From positions 13,360 through 77,359 of the forward strand of contig DBRB01000003.1 in NCBI GenBank assembly GCA_002305475.1: a stretch of DNA of 64,000 nucleotides, in the 5' to 3' direction. The position numbers were made by a program, and so were the translations under genes. Each line of letters opens with the position of its first letter. The first letter of the stretch is position 1. This DNA is from a candidate division WWE3 bacterium UBA1379 (lineage in GTDB: Bacteria > Patescibacteriota > WWE3 > UBA101185 > UBA10185). The notes beneath the pieces are model-generated. The model was not told the DNA's origin. It did not search any database and saw only the letters and a program-made list of their open reading frames with translations. This document shows positions 59,816-64,000 of the stretch, piece after piece.

Positions 59816-61669
59816 TTATTTTAAGCTTTCCAGAAGTTTTTCTTTTATTTCAGCAGCTTCTTCCTTAGTAGTTTCTTTTTCCAGGAATTCAAGTTTTACG
59901 GATACTGATCTGGTATTTTGTTTTTTGTTGATATATTCTCCGACAACATAAGCATTATTGATTTTACTGTTGAAATTTAGAATTTTATCAAATATCGGAC
60001 CAAACGGTATGTTCAGTGGTACGGGAATTGTTGCTTCCTCTATTACCAGGTTTTGATAGCTATCCAACACTTTCATATTAGTTTTTTCTGTATTCATTAA
60101 TTCTTCGGTATCAAGTGTGAATGAATTCCATTGAATATTTATATTTTTTAAGACTGAAGAAGATCTGATGCCAAGATCTAAAAGCAAACCTGAAAGAATT
60201 TCCCTTAGTCTGATTGAATTATCATAAGGAGAAAGTTCTGATTCGTATATTACGGTGACTCTGCGGGGCTCCGAATAACTGTTTATATTCTCAGGATTAC
60301 CTTTGAGTTTGTACACTTTGCCAATTTCAAATATTCCTACCTCAGGTATTCTGTGTTTTCTATATTCCTCAACAATCGAATGCAGCGTATCGAATATACT
60401 TGTTCGCAGAGCATTCTTATCGGAACTAAGTGCATTTTCCAATACTACCTGATTGCTATTTTTCGCGTTACGGGAAACGATCGGATCGCTGATATGTTCA
60501 TGCAATCCCAGTCTGGTTAACGAATCCCTGATTTTATCCTCGAATTTATATAATTCAGGTGTAATATCTTTTGGCGGTGCTGTTTGGATTAATTGTGCGG
60601 GTATTTTGTGATAACCGTTTATACGTAAAATATCGGCTGCAATATCATCCTCAACTTCGATATCCGTTCTAAAAAATGGGATTTTTAATCTCAGACTGTC
60701 ATTCTCCTCTTCAATAATTTCATAATCCAGAGCTGTAAGAATTCGTTTTATAACGTTCATATTAAAATCCAATCCGCTTAGTTTTTTAATACGGGACAAT
60801 CGTAAGGTCATATCTTTTTTTGGATAGGGTTTAGGATAATAATCCTCATTTTCATAGTATTCCCCGCCTGCTAGTTCCAGAATTAACTGAGTTGCCCGGG
60901 CAATTGCCCATTCCGTCAGTTTAGGATGCAGATATTTATCATATCTAAGTACTGTTTCGTTCTGTATTTTTAATTTTCTTGCGGTTTTTCTGACACTAGC
61001 CTGGCTGTAATTACCGGCATCCAGCACAATATCTGTAGTATTGAAATCAACGGCAGTAGAAAGACCACCTACTATCCCTCCAATCACAATAGGCTTATCA
61101 TTCTGGGTGAGGACAAAAGTGTTCTTATCCAGCTTAACAACCGTCCCGTCCAGGGTAGTGATTTCTTCACCGTCCTTGGCAATTCTGATAATAATTTCCT
61201 GTTTTTGGAATTTGGAGAGATCCTGGGCATGAAGCGGGTTGCCAATTTCAATCATTACGTAGTTTGTGATATCTACAATATTGTTAATTGGTGTCATTCC
61301 ATATTCCATCAGTCTATTCTTTAGCCACTTCGGAGATTCCTTTACCTTTACACCTCTGAATACTCTAGTATTAAATCTATGAACTAACTGTGGACATTCC
61401 ACCCTAACTTTCACTCCTCCGTTATCTTTACCTTTTTTGTTATACATTTCAGGAAGTTTAAATCGTGCATTTTCATAAGCCGCAAGATCCCGAGCGCACC
61501 CAATAATGGACAGCCAGTCCGAACGATCCATTCTGTGTTCCAGTTCCAAAATATCATCAGAGATCTGTTTTTCAAGCATTAGTCCCAGTGAAGTAAACGA
61601 TTCAGCCATATCCTTGGCACTTTTATCTATTTCAATATACTGTTTTAGCCATTCAAGAGGTATTCTCAT
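59816..61669 (-). CDS. pheT: Phenylalanine--tRNA ligase beta subunit, a short form lacking the N-terminal tRNA-binding domain.
   Basis: It is translationally coupled to pheS (4-bp overlap). B3/B4 and B5-like regions and the C-terminal catalytic-like fold are present. At 617 aa it is far shorter than the ~800 aa of typical bacteria. Confidence 0.8.
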   Translation of the reverse strand: MRIPLEWLKQYIEIDKSAKDMAESFTSLGLMLEKQISDDILELEHRMDRSDWLSIIGCARDLAAYENARFKLPEMYNKKGKDNGGVKVRVECPQLVHRFNTRVFRGVKVKESPKWLKNRLMEYGMTPINNIVDITNYVMIEIGNPLHAQDLSKFQKQEIIIRIAKDGEEITTLDGTVVKLDKNTFVLTQNDKPIVIGGIVGGLSTAVDFNTTDIVLDAGNYSQASVRKTARKLKIQNETVLRYDKYLHPKLTEWAIARATQLILELAGGEYYENEDYYPKPYPKKDMTLRLSRIKKLSGLDFNMNVIKRILTALDYEIIEEENDSLRLKIPFFRTDIEVEDDIAADILRINGYHKIPAQLIQTAPPKDITPELYKFEDKIRDSLTRLGLHEHISDPIVSRNAKNSNQVVLENALSSDKNALRTSIFDTLHSIVEEYRKHRIPEVGIFEIGKVYKLKGNPENINSYSEPRRVTVIYESELSPYDNSIRLREILSGLLLDLGIRSSSVLKNINIQWNSFTLDTEELMNTEKTNMKVLDSYQNLVIEEATIPVPLNIPFGPIFDKILNFNSKINNAYVVGEYINKKQNTRSVSVKLEFLEKETTKEEAAEIKEKLLESLK

Positions 61670-62673
61670 AGGTAGATCATTCCCCCTCCGTATAATTTTC
61701 TAATGTCCCCTATTCCGTATTTTGCCATCACCAAACGATCCAGACCCATTCCGAATGCAAAACCGGTATATTCCTCAGGATCAATTCCGCACATTTTCAA
61801 AGTATTGTAGTGGATCATTCCTGAGCCTAACACTTCAATCCATCCTCTGTATTTACATACCTCGCACCCCTTTCCTTTACAGAACTGGCATTTTACGTCA
61901 GTTCCCATACCCGGTGATACTTCCGGATAGTATTTATATCTGAATCTAAGTTCAATGTTTTCATCATTAAACAGATACTGATGGAAAAGAGTAAGGGTTG
62001 CCTTAAGATTCTGGATAGTGATTCCCTTGTCCACTACTACACCCTGATACTGATGAAAAAAGGAGGAGTTTGTTTTACTAGCGGTTTCATTTCTAAAGAC
62101 TTTACCCGGTACAACTACCCTTATTGGTGGTTTGTTATCAGTTAGGATGCGGGATTCCACGGATGAAGTGTGAGTTCTTAATAAGATATCCGGTTCATTA
62201 ACAAATAATGTGTCCTGAAGGTCTGTTGCAGGGTGATCTTCCGGTAAGTTCAGCTTTCTGAAATTATTTTCCACGGTCTCAATTTCCGGTCCTTCCGCGA
62301 TGGAAAATGAGTAGTACCTGAAAAATTCATTCATTTCCCTAATAATCTGAGTTGTTGGGTGCAGCATACCGGAGCTTTTTGCTTTCATTGGTATGCTTAA
62401 GTCTATGGAAGGATCATTGGTTTGTCTGATTAAATATTCTTTCTGTGTCTGTTCTATTCTACTTTTTATTTCATTCTGCAGGTTATTTATGACCGGACCA
62501 TATATTTTTTTCTCTTCTGGAGAAAATTTAGGGACTTCTTTCATAAGAAGGGTGATGATTCCCTGGGTTTTTGAAAAATATTTCAGATAAAGGTCATCAA
62601 AAGATCCGTTTTGAGAGGTTTTCTCTATGTCATGTTCAAACATCTCTTTAATTTCATTAATACGTTTATCCAT
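61666..62673 (-). CDS. pheS: Phenylalanine--tRNA ligase alpha subunit.
   Basis: The class II motifs (motif 2 FRYKYYPEVSPGMG..., motif 3 GFAFGMGLDRLVM) and a C-terminus typical of PheS. Confidence 0.9.
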   Translation of the reverse strand: MDKRINEIKEMFEHDIEKTSQNGSFDDLYLKYFSKTQGIITLLMKEVPKFSPEEKKIYGPVINNLQNEIKSRIEQTQKEYLIRQTNDPSIDLSIPMKAKSSGMLHPTTQIIREMNEFFRYYSFSIAEGPEIETVENNFRKLNLPEDHPATDLQDTLFVNEPDILLRTHTSSVESRILTDNKPPIRVVVPGKVFRNETASKTNSSFFHQYQGVVVDKGITIQNLKATLTLFHQYLFNDENIELRFRYKYYPEVSPGMGTDVKCQFCKGKGCEVCKYRGWIEVLGSGMIHYNTLKMCGIDPEEYTGFAFGMGLDRLVMAKYGIGDIRKLYGGGMIYL

Positions 62674-62780
62674 TATGTACGCAATTATAACTCAAATCAG
62701 CTTTGGGATGAACAGTATAATGGGTAATTAAGAGGGAGGTAAATGAAAAGAGGTGCAGACAATCTATGTGTGCACCTCGC

Positions 62781-63068
62781 TTATGTTCTTAATAGAAAAA
62801 AGTATTTTCTTACTTCCGGTTTATTGATTGGGTTGACTAATACAATGTCATCCACTTCTCTGTTTGCAAAAACTGCAAAATCTTTGGGAATCCTTTTCTT
62901 TCGAATTATCATCATTCTATGAGTGTTTATACCATCCGAAAAATCCAGATAATTGGGAACTTTATATGTATCGGAGATATAACAGAAACTTGGAAAATAC
63001 CCAAGTTCATCTCCATACAAAACTTTTACAGCATCTCTGATTGCACTGACTATGTGATCTGTTGTCAT
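62781..63068 (-). CDS. Hypothetical 95-aa protein.
   Basis: An ORF with no recognisable motifs. Confidence 0.4.
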   Translation of the reverse strand: MTTDHIVSAIRDAVKVLYGDELGYFPSFCYISDTYKVPNYLDFSDGINTHRMMIIRKKRIPKDFAVFANREVDDIVLVNPINKPEVRKYFFLLRT

Positions 63069-63123
63069 AACCTCTCCTTTTACCTGATTTGTTCTTTTAA
63101 TATATCATTATTTGAGAAACTAT

Positions 63124-63145
63124 AAAACCTCCGTTTGGAGGTTTT
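63124..63145 (-). terminator. Rho-independent terminator after rplT.
   Basis: AAAACCTCC-GTTT-GGAGGTTTT. The minus strand has a T-run after it. Confidence 0.7.
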
Positions 63146-63176
63146 AGCATTCATACTAAGGTAATTCCCGAGCTAT

Positions 63177-63533
63177 TTATTTAATAGCACTTTTTACTTT
63201 TTCGACCACTGTCTTAAATCCGTTTGCATCGTTGACTGCCATCTCAGAGAGGGCTTTTCTGTCCAGTTCAATATTTGCCTTTTTTAAACCATTAATAAAT
63301 GTACTGTATCTTATATTGTGATCGGTTAATGCACCGTTAATTCTGGTAATCCAGAGTCTTCGTAGGTCTCTGCGTCTCTGTCTGCGTCCGGCAAATGCAT
63401 GTTCACCCGCTCTAATTACAGCCTCCGCAGCTCTTTTATAGAGTCTGTTTCTAGTTCCCCGATAACCTTTAGCCAGGGATAATATTTTTATATGTCTTCG
63501 GTGTCCTCTAGGACCTCCTTTTACGCGTGTCAT
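63177..63533 (-). CDS. rplT: 50S ribosomal protein L20.
   Basis: [35 protein letters not shown]... is collinear with L20. Confidence 0.95.
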   Translation of the reverse strand: MTRVKGGPRGHRRHIKILSLAKGYRGTRNRLYKRAAEAVIRAGEHAFAGRRQRRRDLRRLWITRINGALTDHNIRYSTFINGLKKANIELDRKALSEMAVNDANGFKTVVEKVKSAIK

Positions 63534-63534
63534 A

Positions 63535-63756
63535 TTATTTTATATACCTTCCGTGTTTACCAAGTAATTTTTTGAATTTTTTTGTATGTCCGGTATCAGC
63601 TTGTTCGATCAGACTGCTTTTTCTGGTTCTTCTGCTGGCGTCCATTTTTATTTTCAAATGTCCGGTTCTATTTTGTTTTTTCAAAACCTTACCTGTTTTG
63701 GTAATTTTGATTCTTTTCATTAAGGTTTTTTTCGTTTTCATGTTTATATCTTTCAA
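63535..63756 (-). CDS. rpmI: 50S ribosomal protein L35.
   Basis: [30 protein letters not shown]... is L35-like. It is coupled to rplT with a 1-bp gap. Confidence 0.85.
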   Translation of the reverse strand: MKDINMKTKKTLMKRIKITKTGKVLKKQNRTGHLKIKMDASRRTRKSSLIEQADTGHTKKFKKLLGKHGRYIK

Positions 63757-63765
63757 ATTGCTGTA

Positions 63766-64000
63766 TTACAGCTTAACAAATGTTACATTAATCATGTTTC
63801 CGTGTCTTTTAGGTTCCGCTTCAGTTCTGGCGATGTCTTTTAATTCCTGAGTAAATTTGTTAATTCTTTCCAAGGCAACTTCAGGGTGTTCACCTTCCCT
63901 GCCTTTCATTTTTACCGTGACTTTTACTCTATTTCCGTCTTCCAGAAATCCTCTTGCTCTTTGAATTCTATTATTCAGATCCCCAGCATCAATGGTGGGT
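63766..64000 (-). CDS. infC: Translation initiation factor IF-3, C-terminal portion. The gene continues beyond the window end.
   Basis: The minus strand translates to ...TIDAGDLNNRIQRARGFLEDGNRVKVTVKMKGREGEHPEVALERINKFTQELKDIARTEAEPKRHGNMINVTFVKL, the IF-3 C-domain. It follows the canonical infC-rpmI-rplT order. Confidence 0.85.
   Translation of the reverse strand, partial: PTIDAGDLNNRIQRARGFLEDGNRVKVTVKMKGREGEHPEVALERINKFTQELKDIARTEAEPKRHGNMINVTFVKL

Overview
This 64-kb window looks like a low-GC, streamlined bacterial chromosome segment. Gene content and short proteins suggest a CPR/Patescibacteria-like or similar minimal, Gram-positive-type lineage. Coding uses the standard code, with no sign of UGA recoding. 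Most of the window is housekeeping genes: dnaB, efp, ruvC, yebC, rnhB, gyrA and gyrB, trmD, rpsP, rnc, nusB, rpmF, recG, tyrS, pheST, and an infC-rpmI-rplT operon; the H+-pyrophosphatase gene hppA sits in the gyrB-gyrA interval. These are interleaved with accessory, envelope and signalling content. The dominant accessory feature is a complete secretin-less type IV pilus locus at about 35.0-47.5 kb. It runs pilB-pilT-pilC-pilin-pilD, then six more pilin/pseudopilin genes, a PilX-like gene, and pilM-pilN-pilO. Just upstream is an 880-aa Cys-rich protein with PA14-like and Ig-like repeat regions, followed by a second PilX-like paralog; together these are a candidate pilus-tip adhesin module. A perfect 16-bp lac-operator-like palindrome abuts the pilB start. 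Other unusual items are listed below.
- An orphan membrane-anchored FtsK/HerA/VirB4/VirD4-type ATPase.
- A polytopic membrane domain fused to a DksA/TraR-type zinc finger, next to a minimal divergent LspA.
- A cytoplasmic GAF-PAS histidine kinase with an OmpR regulator, a 69-aa HisKA-only protein and stand-alone receivers, possibly forming a phosphorelay.
- An 870-bp AT-rich non-coding island with iteron-like repeats next to a XerC/D-type recombinase.
- Tandem paralogous small proteins.
- Several unannotated small ORFs.
All calls rest on motif recognition by eye; no searches were run.
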